This document shows positions 11,278 through 19,898 of a DNA stretch of 64,000 nt, in pieces. The DNA comes from Rubripirellula sp. (GTDB taxonomy: Bacteria > Planctomycetota > Planctomycetia > Pirellulales > Pirellulaceae), in assembly GCA_965216875.1 (NCBI GenBank), contig OZ244207.1:6496001-6560000 (forward strand), read 5' to 3'. Position numbers and translations under genes: made by a program. Every line of letters begins with the position of its first letter. Positions within the stretch are counted from its first letter, which is position 1. The notes beneath the pieces were generated by a model. The model was not told the DNA's origin. It was given only the letters and a program-made list of their open reading frames with translations, and made no database searches.

Positions 11278-12717
11278 TCATTTCCCCGTGTTCGACTTTT
11301 CTCGAGTCCGCTTGCGCGCCTTGCGGGCCTGTTCTTTCAGCTCGAACCAGTCGTGAGCCATCCGCACACTCTCGTTTCGCTCAAGCGGAACGTCGGCGAA
11401 ACAGGAGTCAACGAGTTGGGGGTCCGAAAGCGCGCTCAACGAATACTCAAGTCCGTGGCAGTGCCCACAAACTTCTCGAGCCATCGTTTCGTTGGGCCGC
11501 AGGTTTGCGTTTTGGTCGTGGTTGACCCACACATCCCCGTCCTTTTCCAGACGTGGCATGTGGCAAGTCGCACAACTGACTCCGCTGCCAGCTGGAAGCT
11601 CGCCAGCAAGCTCTTTGTTCCAGAGATCTGCGTGAGCTGTGGTGTCGTAGGCGATCGTGTGTGCGTCGGCATGACACTGTTTGCAAGCACCAACGGATGC
11701 CCACTCGGTGTCAAATCGATGCCCGCCATGGCAACTGTTGCAAGTCAGCTCTCGATGGGCCGAGTCGGTGTGCATCGGCAGCCGGGCAAGCGATGGTGAC
11801 ATCGGCGAAAGGCCGACTGCCAATCGCATCCCGTGGCGACCGGTGACAAAGGACTCGGTTTGCGCTTCGTGACATTGACCACAGGCGTCCATCGAAACCG
11901 CATCGGACCAGTCTTTGGATTCGACGTCCGCGTGACAGGCACTGCAATTCACACCGGCAGCGGCGTGAGCCGTGCTGGCCCAGTCGTCAAGGATCGATTG
12001 GTCAAGTTGCTGATCGGTCGGACCGTCGTGTTGATGTGCTTGGAGTGATTGATCGTTGGCCTGTTTGGACTCCTTCCCTACTAGGGATGAGTCCCACGAC
12101 GTGAGGAAATTGCGAAGGGGAACGCGCGCTTCGGCAAGGTGATCGCTTTGTCCGAAGTGATCGTTGAGGTATTTCTCGTAGAGCGCACGATTGTCGTGGT
12201 AATTGTGACATCCAGCCGTCGAGCAACTGGTGTAAGAAAGGTCTGCGTGGCTCGGTCGGGAGTCGGCGACATCTTGATGACAGTGCCAGCAGTAGTCGTT
12301 GGGGACGGTTAGACCCATGGCCGAGGTTTGTTCGGGAACATGTTCCCGATGACACGTCAAACAGTTTTGTGCATCAAGCACAAGCAGCATGTCGGCGTTG
12401 GTCGGATCGTTGAATTTTTTGGCAGGATGCGTGTCGCTGGCGATTCGTAGTTGGTCGGCATGGCATCGATTGCACGCGTCCTGCATCACGGCGCCGACGG
12501 CCCCGGCGGCCGATTGGTCTTCCATCGCAGGCGCATGACAAGCATTGCAATCCAATTCGATTTGGTAATGACCGTGCGTGGTCTTGCCCGGCAGGAACGT
12601 GGTTTTGATCGATGATGCAGGTGCCAACAGCGCGTAGCTAAGGTAGCCTGCGATCACGAGGTTCAGGACCAACCAAGTTGTCCAACTGCGAGCATGTTTG
12701 CGAAGCATCGTTTCCAT
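11278..12717 (-). CDS. Membrane-anchored multiheme cytochrome c (10 CxxCH + 1 CxxxxCH)
   Basis: Start taken as METMLRKH (ATG 12717, 5 nt after the upstream stop). N-terminal TM. Motifs CNACH, CNRCH, CLTCH, CWHCH, CSTAGCH, CSACH, CGQCH, CNSCH, CKQCH, CATCH, CGHCH. Confidence 0.9.
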   Translation of the reverse strand: METMLRKHARSWTTWLVLNLVIAGYLSYALLAPASSIKTTFLPGKTTHGHYQIELDCNACHAPAMEDQSAAGAVGAVMQDACNRCHADQLRIASDTHPAKKFNDPTNADMLLVLDAQNCLTCHREHVPEQTSAMGLTVPNDYCWHCHQDVADSRPSHADLSYTSCSTAGCHNYHDNRALYEKYLNDHFGQSDHLAEARVPLRNFLTSWDSSLVGKESKQANDQSLQAHQHDGPTDQQLDQSILDDWASTAHAAAGVNCSACHADVESKDWSDAVSMDACGQCHEAQTESFVTGRHGMRLAVGLSPMSPSLARLPMHTDSAHRELTCNSCHGGHRFDTEWASVGACKQCHADAHTIAYDTTAHADLWNKELAGELPAGSGVSCATCHMPRLEKDGDVWVNHDQNANLRPNETMAREVCGHCHGLEYSLSALSDPQLVDSCFADVPLERNESVRMAHDWFELKEQARKARKRTREKSNTGK

Positions 12718-12722
12718 CACCC

Positions 12723-14765
12723 TCAGTCGCTGAACCAGTAGAAACTGAGAATGTGAAACGCAATCAGCAGCGGCAATGGCCAGAACAGCCAGAGGTGCAA
12801 ACGCGTCAGTCGGGGCCGCCAACATCGCAGCAGCATCGCCCACGATCCCTCCAATCGTGACTCGATGCTGCTGGCGATGCCGGCAAGCGTCCCGAAGATG
12901 GCCGTTCCAATGAAGACCAGCGAAAGAACCAAATTCAAGTTCTCGCCAAGGCGAAAGCCGGTATGCACGGCGATCGCAACAATGGCGGCTGTCCCCAAAA
13001 TGGCGTGTACGGCACGCCATAACCCATAGCTTCCAAACTGAAATCGGCTGATGCGTTTTCGCAGCGAGAAGATCATCCCCACAAGCATCAAACCGAGAAG
13101 CGTGAATCCGCTGAACTGACGCGCCACATCATCGCGCCAAAGCCAATCGATTTTTCGGTGTCCGTCGCGAACGCTTTCGGCCAGTGGGATAGGCGATGCG
13201 AGGATCAAGCCCACCAACAAGATCAAGCCAACGATCGAAGCAACCAGAACGGGTGTCGCGGCGGGTACTCGCGTCCCTTCCGATTTCTGCCCGGCAAGTT
13301 CGCATACTAACGATCGACAACTTCCGCACGCCGTTGATGCACCTGTGGTCTCGGCGAGTGCGTCCGGGCACGTCGTGCCGGCGGCAACCAAGTTTGCTAG
13401 CGCACCTTTGGTGACAGCGCGGCACGCGCAGACAATGCTTGATGCGGGCCATTGGGTTACCGAAAGCGTTCCGGTTTCTGGCCAGGGATTGCCAGTCAAT
13501 CGGAATCGCCGACGATGCCACGGCCACAATCGCGTCTGCCGGTGCACGGCCTGTCGAATCTGTGGCAACTCTTTCCATTGTCCGACACTTGCTGCGCCGA
13601 CGACGCAACCTTGATGAAGGATCAATTTGCGATAACAGTTGTCGGCCTTGAAAGTCAGCGTGATTCCATCCGGTTCGTCACCGATGGCGCGACCAAGCGC
13701 CGCAACGTCAACGCCAAGCAGCTTCAGTTCGGCCGACTCATCGGCACCCTCGAATGTTTCGTCGCCGCCAACGAGACGCGAAGCCAAGACATCCGCCATG
13801 CGGTAACAAGGAGCAACCAAGCCATACACGTGATCTCGGAAGCTTGCGCACTCACCGATCGCATGAATCGTTGGGTCACTGGTCGCAAGGTCCTCGGCAA
13901 TGGAAATTCCGCCACGCGGACCCACATCAAGTCCACACTCTCGAGCCAATTCGTCGTTCGGAATGACGCCCGCTGCAATGATCAAGATGTCGGTTTTGAG
14001 CGGTTTTGCATTGTCGAATCGAATCTCAAGTGTTTTGTCGTCCGTGGCCGCGATCGATCTGGCTCGACGCGTCAAATGAACATCTACTCCCAACGTTTCA
14101 ACGCGTTCTTTCAACAGTTCAGCGGCGCGCCAATCGAGTTGTCGTGGCATCAACCGGCCAGCCATCTCGACAACACTTGTTTGCAGTCCGAGATCAAAGA
14201 GGACTTTGGCTGCTTCCAATCCGAGCAGACCGCCTCCCATCACGACTCCGATCTTGGCCCGCCTTTCACGGACAAATTCGCCGATTCTCTCGAGATCGTC
14301 TAAAGTTCGATAAACGAAAACGCCCGGTTGATTGGCACCTTCGAGTTTGGGCAGGCGGGCACGCGAGCCGGTTGCCAAGACAAGCTGGTCGTACGGATGG
14401 ACATTCGCCTGGTCGTCAATGATGCAGCGTTGCTGGCGATCGATCTTGACGATCCGACGGCCAGTATGAAGTGTGATCTGATGGGTTTCGTACCAATCGG
14501 AGTCCGCAAGTTCGAGGGATTTGGGCGAACTGCCTTGCAAGCACTTTGAAAGATTCACCCGGTCGTAGGCAGGTGTTGGCTCTTCGCCAAAGATCGCGAC
14601 ATGAAAGTTGTCGATCGCGTTGCTTGAAACCAAACGCTGGCACAACCCATAACCAGCCATCCCGCCACCAACGATCAATAGTCGTGGCAAGACGCGGCTC
14701 GGGCGCACAGTCGAATCGTACGTCGATTGACTTGGTTGCGATGCAGCTTCGGTTGCGACAGCCAT
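12723..14765 (-). CDS. NirB-like FAD/NAD(P)H oxidoreductase + BFD [2Fe-2S] + C-terminal His-rich membrane domain
   Basis: GGGMAG, YDRVNLS, LVLATGS, GGGLLGLE, IGECAS..GLVAP, LKLLGVDVA (NirB N-terminal half); VCACR...CGSC; then about 5 TM helices with AVH, AVHTG, RLH, AFH. No sirohaem/[4Fe-4S] domain. Confidence 0.85.
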   Translation of the reverse strand: MAVATEAASQPSQSTYDSTVRPSRVLPRLLIVGGGMAGYGLCQRLVSSNAIDNFHVAIFGEEPTPAYDRVNLSKCLQGSSPKSLELADSDWYETHQITLHTGRRIVKIDRQQRCIIDDQANVHPYDQLVLATGSRARLPKLEGANQPGVFVYRTLDDLERIGEFVRERRAKIGVVMGGGLLGLEAAKVLFDLGLQTSVVEMAGRLMPRQLDWRAAELLKERVETLGVDVHLTRRARSIAATDDKTLEIRFDNAKPLKTDILIIAAGVIPNDELARECGLDVGPRGGISIAEDLATSDPTIHAIGECASFRDHVYGLVAPCYRMADVLASRLVGGDETFEGADESAELKLLGVDVAALGRAIGDEPDGITLTFKADNCYRKLILHQGCVVGAASVGQWKELPQIRQAVHRQTRLWPWHRRRFRLTGNPWPETGTLSVTQWPASSIVCACRAVTKGALANLVAAGTTCPDALAETTGASTACGSCRSLVCELAGQKSEGTRVPAATPVLVASIVGLILLVGLILASPIPLAESVRDGHRKIDWLWRDDVARQFSGFTLLGLMLVGMIFSLRKRISRFQFGSYGLWRAVHAILGTAAIVAIAVHTGFRLGENLNLVLSLVFIGTAIFGTLAGIASSIESRLEGSWAMLLRCWRPRLTRLHLWLFWPLPLLIAFHILSFYWFSD

Positions 14766-14851
14766 AGGCGGAGGGAGAACCCATGCAAGGGCGCAGTTGC
14801 CGCCTTCAACTGATGTTATTCATGTAATGGGCCAAGCTGTCGGGATCGCAG

Positions 14852-14883
14852 ACAACGTTTGCAACCGCTCACGCAAACGTTGT
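14852..14883 (-). promoter_or_regulatory. Leader inverted repeat upstream of the NirB-like gene
   Basis: Perfect 11-bp arms ACAACGTTTGC / GCAAACGTTGT with a 10-nt loop. Confidence 0.6.
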
Positions 14884-14907
14884 TAAAGCGAGCCGGAATG
14901 CAGGTAA

Positions 14908-14923
14908 TGCAACCGCCGTGCCG
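14908..14923 (-). promoter_or_regulatory. Sigma-54 (-24/-12) promoter for the NirB-like/multiheme operon
   Basis: Minus strand CGGCACGGCGGTTGCA with correct GG-N10-GC spacing; 13 of 16 positions identical to the nrtA promoter. Confidence 0.72.
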
Positions 14924-15053
14924 AAACGGATTCGGATGTCGTCTCAAGATCGTCTGTCGCCGGAACGAAGAGCGCAACCGTCAGTCATGGGCGCGATCCG
15001 AGCCACAGAGCGGTGTGAATTAGAAAATGTCAGTGCTCAAAACTAAGCCTGAG

Positions 15054-15070
15054 TGCACGTTAACTTTGCA
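15054..15070. promoter_or_regulatory. Putative NtrC-type enhancer site
   Basis: TGCAC-GTTAACT-TTGCA, one mismatch from TGCAC-N7-GTGCA, about 130 bp upstream of the sigma-54 promoter, with weaker TGC-starting sites on either side. Confidence 0.45.
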
Positions 15071-15369
15071 CGGTTGCGCAATCGTTAGGCCGCTGAAGAG
15101 GCCAAGTGCTCGTTGACTAGGCAAACTTTGCCGATTGCGACGTTCAGCCCGCTTTTCAGGGCCAGCTCCGAGAAACGAATCGCGAATACCGCAGGAATTC
15201 GCAACGATTTCGCCACGATCTACCGATGCATGAAAAACATCGCCTCAATCGGCGAGCGTACGATCGCACGATGGATTGTGTGTTTTTCAGGCGGTGAGCG
15301 ACACAGAATCCATGTTGCTGCGACGAAATCGATAGAGAAGAACAAATCCAGGAAGGGAGTCTCACTGCC

Positions 15370-16971
15370 ATGCGCGTTAAACGAACACGCCGCCGGTGGA
15401 TTGTGGCCGCGGCCATTTCCGCTGGTTTCTTCGCCAGCCCTGTGCTGGCATACGACGGAGAGGGAGGCGATGCAGCGCTTCAACCTGTCCCACTCGAAGA
15501 CCCATCCGCTTCCGACCAGGTTGTTGATCAACCTGTCGTGATGGAAGAGGAAGCCGAAGCGGTCGCGATTGCCGAACCGGTCGCATCCGTACCTTGCAAT
15601 TGCTGCAACAGCTACTGCTGCACCAAGAAGAAGAAGGAAGCGGCTACCGCAAAGATGAAAGGTGCCTACAAAGGCGTCTTCTATCAAAACGACTATAGCT
15701 ACCTCAATGACCGCTGCTACGATGGCCCCAGCTTCCTGGGCGATCGTCTGAAAGGTCTCCACTGTGGCAAACTCGACATTGGTGGCGAAGCACGCGTTCG
15801 TTTCCACAGCGAGAACAACCACCGTGGTCTCGGTCTGACCGGACGCGATGACCGCTTCTGGTTGACACGTGTTCGCGCGTTTGCCAACTACCGCGTCACC
15901 GAGAACATTCGCGTTTACGCTGAATACCTCTACGCCGACTCGGGCGGGGAAACGTTCAACAATCGACCGATCGAAGAAAACCGCGGTGAGTTGCAAAACG
16001 CACTCGTTGACTTGCAGCTAACCGAGCGTTTGTCGACTCGAATTGGTCGTCAAGAACTGCTCTACAGTGCACAGCGATTGGTTTCGCCGCTGGACTGGGC
16101 CAACACTCGTCGCACCTTCGACGGTGTTCGCGGAATCTACAAGGGCGACACCTGGACGCTTGATGGGTTCTTCGTGCATCCCGTGCGTCGTACAGCTGCT
16201 TTCGAAGACAAGATTGACAAGACCAATAACGACATCGACTTCTGGGGCATCTACGCCACCAGCGACAAGTACGAAATCGGTTTGGTCGAAGGCTACTACT
16301 TGGGTCTGAAGCACGACATCTTGAACTTCGATTTCCACACCTTTGGAAAGCGAATTTCGGGAACAAGCGACCGAGGCATCATGTATGACCTCGAAGGTGG
16401 CTTCCAAGTTGGCGAAAACAGCAACGGTTCAAGTCACGGCGCTTTCTTCTCGACCACTGGTTTGGGCAAGAAACTCAGCATCTGCACTCGATGCGGCGAA
16501 TGGAACCCAATCGTCTGGTTCTTCTACGATTACGCTTCGGGCGAGAAGGATTTCAACCAAGTCGGTGTTGGCGACGATGGCTTCCATCACCAATTCCCAC
16601 TGGCTCACAAGTACAACGGTTTCATGGACTTGTTCGGACGTCGTAACTTGCACGACATCAACGCACAGTTCATCACTCCGATCTTGGGATCGAAAGTCAA
16701 GTTGCTGCTGTGGTACCACTACTTCCGATTGGCAGAGCGAACCACGCCATACAACGTGAACATGACTCCGTTCAACACCGTGGCTGCTGCTGGAAGCCGT
16801 GACCTGGGTCACGAGATCGACGTGTTGTTCAACATCAACCTCAACCCACGTAACAACGTTTTGGTTGGTTACTCGTTCTTCAGTGCTGGTGACTACTACG
16901 ACACCACACCAGGTGTTCCAACCAACGCTGACGCAGACTTCTTCTACATGCAGTATCAAACTCGCTTCTAA
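15370..16971 (+). CDS. Alginate export (AlgE-like) outer-membrane beta-barrel porin
   Basis: Signal peptide, RIGRQELLYSAQRLVSPLDWANTRRTFDG, amphipathic beta strands, C-terminal YQTRF. Confidence 0.82.
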   Translation: MRVKRTRRRWIVAAAISAGFFASPVLAYDGEGGDAALQPVPLEDPSASDQVVDQPVVMEEEAEAVAIAEPVASVPCNCCNSYCCTKKKKEAATAKMKGAYKGVFYQNDYSYLNDRCYDGPSFLGDRLKGLHCGKLDIGGEARVRFHSENNHRGLGLTGRDDRFWLTRVRAFANYRVTENIRVYAEYLYADSGGETFNNRPIEENRGELQNALVDLQLTERLSTRIGRQELLYSAQRLVSPLDWANTRRTFDGVRGIYKGDTWTLDGFFVHPVRRTAAFEDKIDKTNNDIDFWGIYATSDKYEIGLVEGYYLGLKHDILNFDFHTFGKRISGTSDRGIMYDLEGGFQVGENSNGSSHGAFFSTTGLGKKLSICTRCGEWNPIVWFFYDYASGEKDFNQVGVGDDGFHHQFPLAHKYNGFMDLFGRRNLHDINAQFITPILGSKVKLLLWYHYFRLAERTTPYNVNMTPFNTVAAAGSRDLGHEIDVLFNINLNPRNNVLVGYSFFSAGDYYDTTPGVPTNADADFFYMQYQTRF

Positions 16972-16999
16972 TCGAGCGACTGCGGAAACGTAGAACAGA

Positions 17000-17046
17000 A
17001 AACAAAACGCTCCCGTGGATACGATCCGCGGGAGCGTTTTTTGTTT
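17000..17046. terminator. Bidirectional intrinsic terminator
   Basis: AAACAAAACGCTCCCGTGGAT-ACG-ATCCGCGGGAGCGTTTTTTGTTT between convergent genes. Confidence 0.85.
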
Positions 17047-17071
17047 GCTTGATTGGCGCTGCGGCGACTCG

Positions 17072-18943
17072 TTACTTCAGGCCAACGCTCAGCCAACCGC
17101 TCGAGGCGTCCACCAACGCCGTTTCGAAGACACGGCCACGCAAGGATTTGATTCTTGCTTCCTGCGAAATCTCCATCGAACGGTCGAGCAAGGTTTCGGG
17201 AAAGACCTTGCTGAACTTGGTTTGGATCGCTGGCTTCAAGCCTGCCTGTGTGACGGTCAAGCGTTTGCGTCCGGGGAAGTTCACTTCGACTTCGCCATCA
17301 CGGACCAGGATGAGCTTGCCTTCTTCGGTAGACGCGACTTGATAAATCGCGGTGATCTCCATCGAGCGTTTGAGTTCGCGCCGCCCTTGAGTGAATTTTG
17401 TCCCGCGGACACCGATGCGGATTTTCTGGTCGCGAGCTTCGAACACAATCGGTTGCAAACTTGCAAAGCTGATTTCGAACGACGGCTCGGTAGGTTCGCC
17501 CTCTTTCTGAGGTGAGGACATGTCGCGACCCACCGCCTTCATCAAGCGATTGAGTTGGCTTTCCTTGAGCGTTCGTCCCGCCAGAACAGGGCTGAACGCG
17601 TTGTTGATCACCGACTCGTGAACTTGGAACAAGGCTCCGAAATCGGCATCGACGTTCGGTGGGGAGACAACCGTCGAAAGTTGGTCGCCAGTTCGAAACA
17701 CCGAATCGACACTTACCCAATCGCTTGTCGACGTCCATGCGCGCGACGGCTCGGAAAGGGACAAGCGTTGCAGAAGCGACCTCAGGTTGTCGAGCCGTCC
17801 GGGAGGTCCACCCGCCAAGGCGTCGTCGGTTCGTTGCGTGAAGTTGTCGGCAACTTGTCGACGCATTCTCGACAGCGCGATGCGATCGGCGCGAGGCTTC
17901 TGCTGTGCTGCTTTCTTGCGAGCGATGTTTCGAACCAACCGCATCTTGTGTTCGATCGCACGTATGTCGGTTCGCAATGCGGCTTGAACTTGTGTGGGTT
18001 CCATGTGAACGCCCGAATCATCAAAGTTCACGATTCGCGTCGCCGTGACGTCACCGCAGCCAACGGTGCGAAGACGCACCGGTCCGTTGTAACCGGTGTT
18101 GTTGCTGGTCACCGTGCCAGCAAGCGATACCTCAAGACGAACGCTACCGGTTGCTGGAAGCAAGTCGGCCGAGACCACACCGTTCATGGTCGCTTGTCCA
18201 ACGATCCGAGTGCCCAAGATGCAGTCGTAAACCGGACGGGTTTGAACGACGTCTTGGTGAACGGCTTCTTGTACCAGACCTTCGCTAATCAAGATCGCGA
18301 CATTGGGATGGTCAAACGTGTTGCGGACCGCGGTGATGGCGCCGGGGGCTTGCCCCGACGAGTGAATCGAAGCAACCAATGCCGAAATCGCTGCAATGTC
18401 GCCGGACGAAGGCGAAGCATCGAGCTGGCTGATGCGGCTTGCCAACGATTCAAGTTGTTTGCTGATCCCTTCGATTGCCTTTTCTTTGTTGCGAAAGCGA
18501 AGTGAATCAATCAGCTGTGAAAGGTTGTCACGCAGTTTCGTAAGCGGTTCGAGCTCGAGCCCCTCGTGGGTTCCGATCAGCCGATATCGCAGTGCCACCG
18601 CTTCACGACCAATCACCGGTACTTCACTACCTTCGGTGAGTGCTTGGTGAAGCGGATCAAGTTCCAAGTAATCAAGCCAAGATTGTTCGTTGTCGCCAGA
18701 TGTGTTCGTGCCGAAGAAAGACTTGACCGCTGAAATCTGATCCAGCACGAGTGGGCGGGCCGATTCGTAGTCGGGAAGCCGCGAAGCATCCAAGTCGGTC
18801 GCTGCCGCCTTGATTTCGGCCACCATTTGCTCACGTTCGGCGTCGGTCAACGTTGCTGCGACCGGTTGGCAGCAGGCAACCGAGAACAGGCCGGCTGCGG
18901 CAAGCAAAGCAATGGGGGAACGAAAAAGTGAATGCAAAGGCAT
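17072..18943 (-). CDS. Secreted hypothetical protein
   Basis: 623-aa ORF with a signal peptide, helical N-terminus and beta-rich C-terminus. Confidence 0.75.
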   Translation of the reverse strand: MPLHSLFRSPIALLAAAGLFSVACCQPVAATLTDAEREQMVAEIKAAATDLDASRLPDYESARPLVLDQISAVKSFFGTNTSGDNEQSWLDYLELDPLHQALTEGSEVPVIGREAVALRYRLIGTHEGLELEPLTKLRDNLSQLIDSLRFRNKEKAIEGISKQLESLASRISQLDASPSSGDIAAISALVASIHSSGQAPGAITAVRNTFDHPNVAILISEGLVQEAVHQDVVQTRPVYDCILGTRIVGQATMNGVVSADLLPATGSVRLEVSLAGTVTSNNTGYNGPVRLRTVGCGDVTATRIVNFDDSGVHMEPTQVQAALRTDIRAIEHKMRLVRNIARKKAAQQKPRADRIALSRMRRQVADNFTQRTDDALAGGPPGRLDNLRSLLQRLSLSEPSRAWTSTSDWVSVDSVFRTGDQLSTVVSPPNVDADFGALFQVHESVINNAFSPVLAGRTLKESQLNRLMKAVGRDMSSPQKEGEPTEPSFEISFASLQPIVFEARDQKIRIGVRGTKFTQGRRELKRSMEITAIYQVASTEEGKLILVRDGEVEVNFPGRKRLTVTQAGLKPAIQTKFSKVFPETLLDRSMEISQEARIKSLRGRVFETALVDASSGWLSVGLK

Positions 18944-19144
18944 CGCAGTCGCCTGGGGGATTCGGAGAGTCTGGGCGGTCCAGGGGCTATTCTAAGTCGA
19001 GCTGCGATTAAACGTGAGGCCAGTTCCGCAATGGCGAGTCAATATTCATGGCGCTCTGCGTTCGTAGTACCGAGCTTTAGCCGGAATCTTCAGGCTCTTC
19101 CGCCCTAAGGGCAGGACTCGAATCGAGAGGCTGTGGATTCATGG

Positions 19145-19228
19145 GAGCCGTGATCGCGTAAGCGGCCGGGCCTTGCACCCCTTTTGCGAATCTCGGGGGC
19201 CCGACGCTAGCTAGCGCGTTCCGCTCAC
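19145..19228 (+). repeat. REP-like family B copy
   Basis: GAGCCGTGATCGCGTAAGCGGCCGGGCC...GGGCCCGA...CGCTCAC. Confidence 0.8.
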
Positions 19229-19234
19229 GCCAGG

Positions 19235-19864
19235 TCAGGGCAACGGCGTCTGGAAACTCAAGGCATCGCACAAGCGAGTCAATGCGGGGTCGAAATCCTC
19301 ATTCTTGCCATGCGTCCAGACCTCTACCAACAGATCGATGTCGCCATCGTTCATCCGGCCATAAAGTCGGCTCGTGTGACGGAAGATGGGGTCGTTGGGA
19401 TCAAGCCAATCGATTGCGACCTGGTCATATCGCCGTGTGACGACATCGGCGTCTAGCAGAGGGGTGTCGCTACCGGTCGGCGTGGTGTCGGCGTCGCCGG
19501 TTTGTTCGAGCGTCTGGGATTCGTCCTGGTTGAGTTTGCTCAGGTCGACTTCGCTCTTCAGCGGTGGCCACTGCTTGAACAGGAAGGGGCGGATTCGGAC
19601 GATCAGATTGGATGATTCGCAGACGTAAGTGACACGCCGCGCTTTGTGGTCTTTTGCGGTTGCAAGAAGCGTCCAGCCATCGCTTGGTGCGACGGAGATT
19701 CCGAGGGACTGGAACGAGACCGATTCACCGGATCGGCGAACGATGTCGACTCCTTGCGGTTCATCATTTCCTCGAAAACCGTAGTACCCAAGCATCAGGA
19801 TGACGCCGATCGTGATCAGCGTCATGGGCGAAAGTTCGATAGGAGGCCGTTCGGGGCGATTCAC
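19235..19864 (-). CDS. Hypothetical membrane-anchored protein
   Basis: 209-aa ORF with one N-terminal TM; co-oriented directly after the cyclase gene. Confidence 0.6.
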   Translation of the reverse strand: MNRPERPPIELSPMTLITIGVILMLGYYGFRGNDEPQGVDIVRRSGESVSFQSLGISVAPSDGWTLLATAKDHKARRVTYVCESSNLIVRIRPFLFKQWPPLKSEVDLSKLNQDESQTLEQTGDADTTPTGSDTPLLDADVVTRRYDQVAIDWLDPNDPIFRHTSRLYGRMNDGDIDLLVEVWTHGKNEDFDPALTRLCDALSFQTPLP

Positions 19865-19898
19865 TTCACGCGTCCACGCGTTTTAGCTTGCAGAGGTT

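Noticed and set aside
11278..12717. Calling the multiheme protein NrfA or HAO
   Set aside because: No CxxCK motif, and the heme count and spacing do not fit either family.
12718..13020. N-terminal extension of the multiheme ORF given in the track
   Set aside because: It overlaps the NirB-like gene by about 300 bp and is non-protein-like; ATG 12717 fits operon spacing.
12723..14765. Calling this gene nirB
   Set aside because: It lacks the sirohaem/[4Fe-4S] catalytic domain, so it cannot be a complete nitrite reductase.
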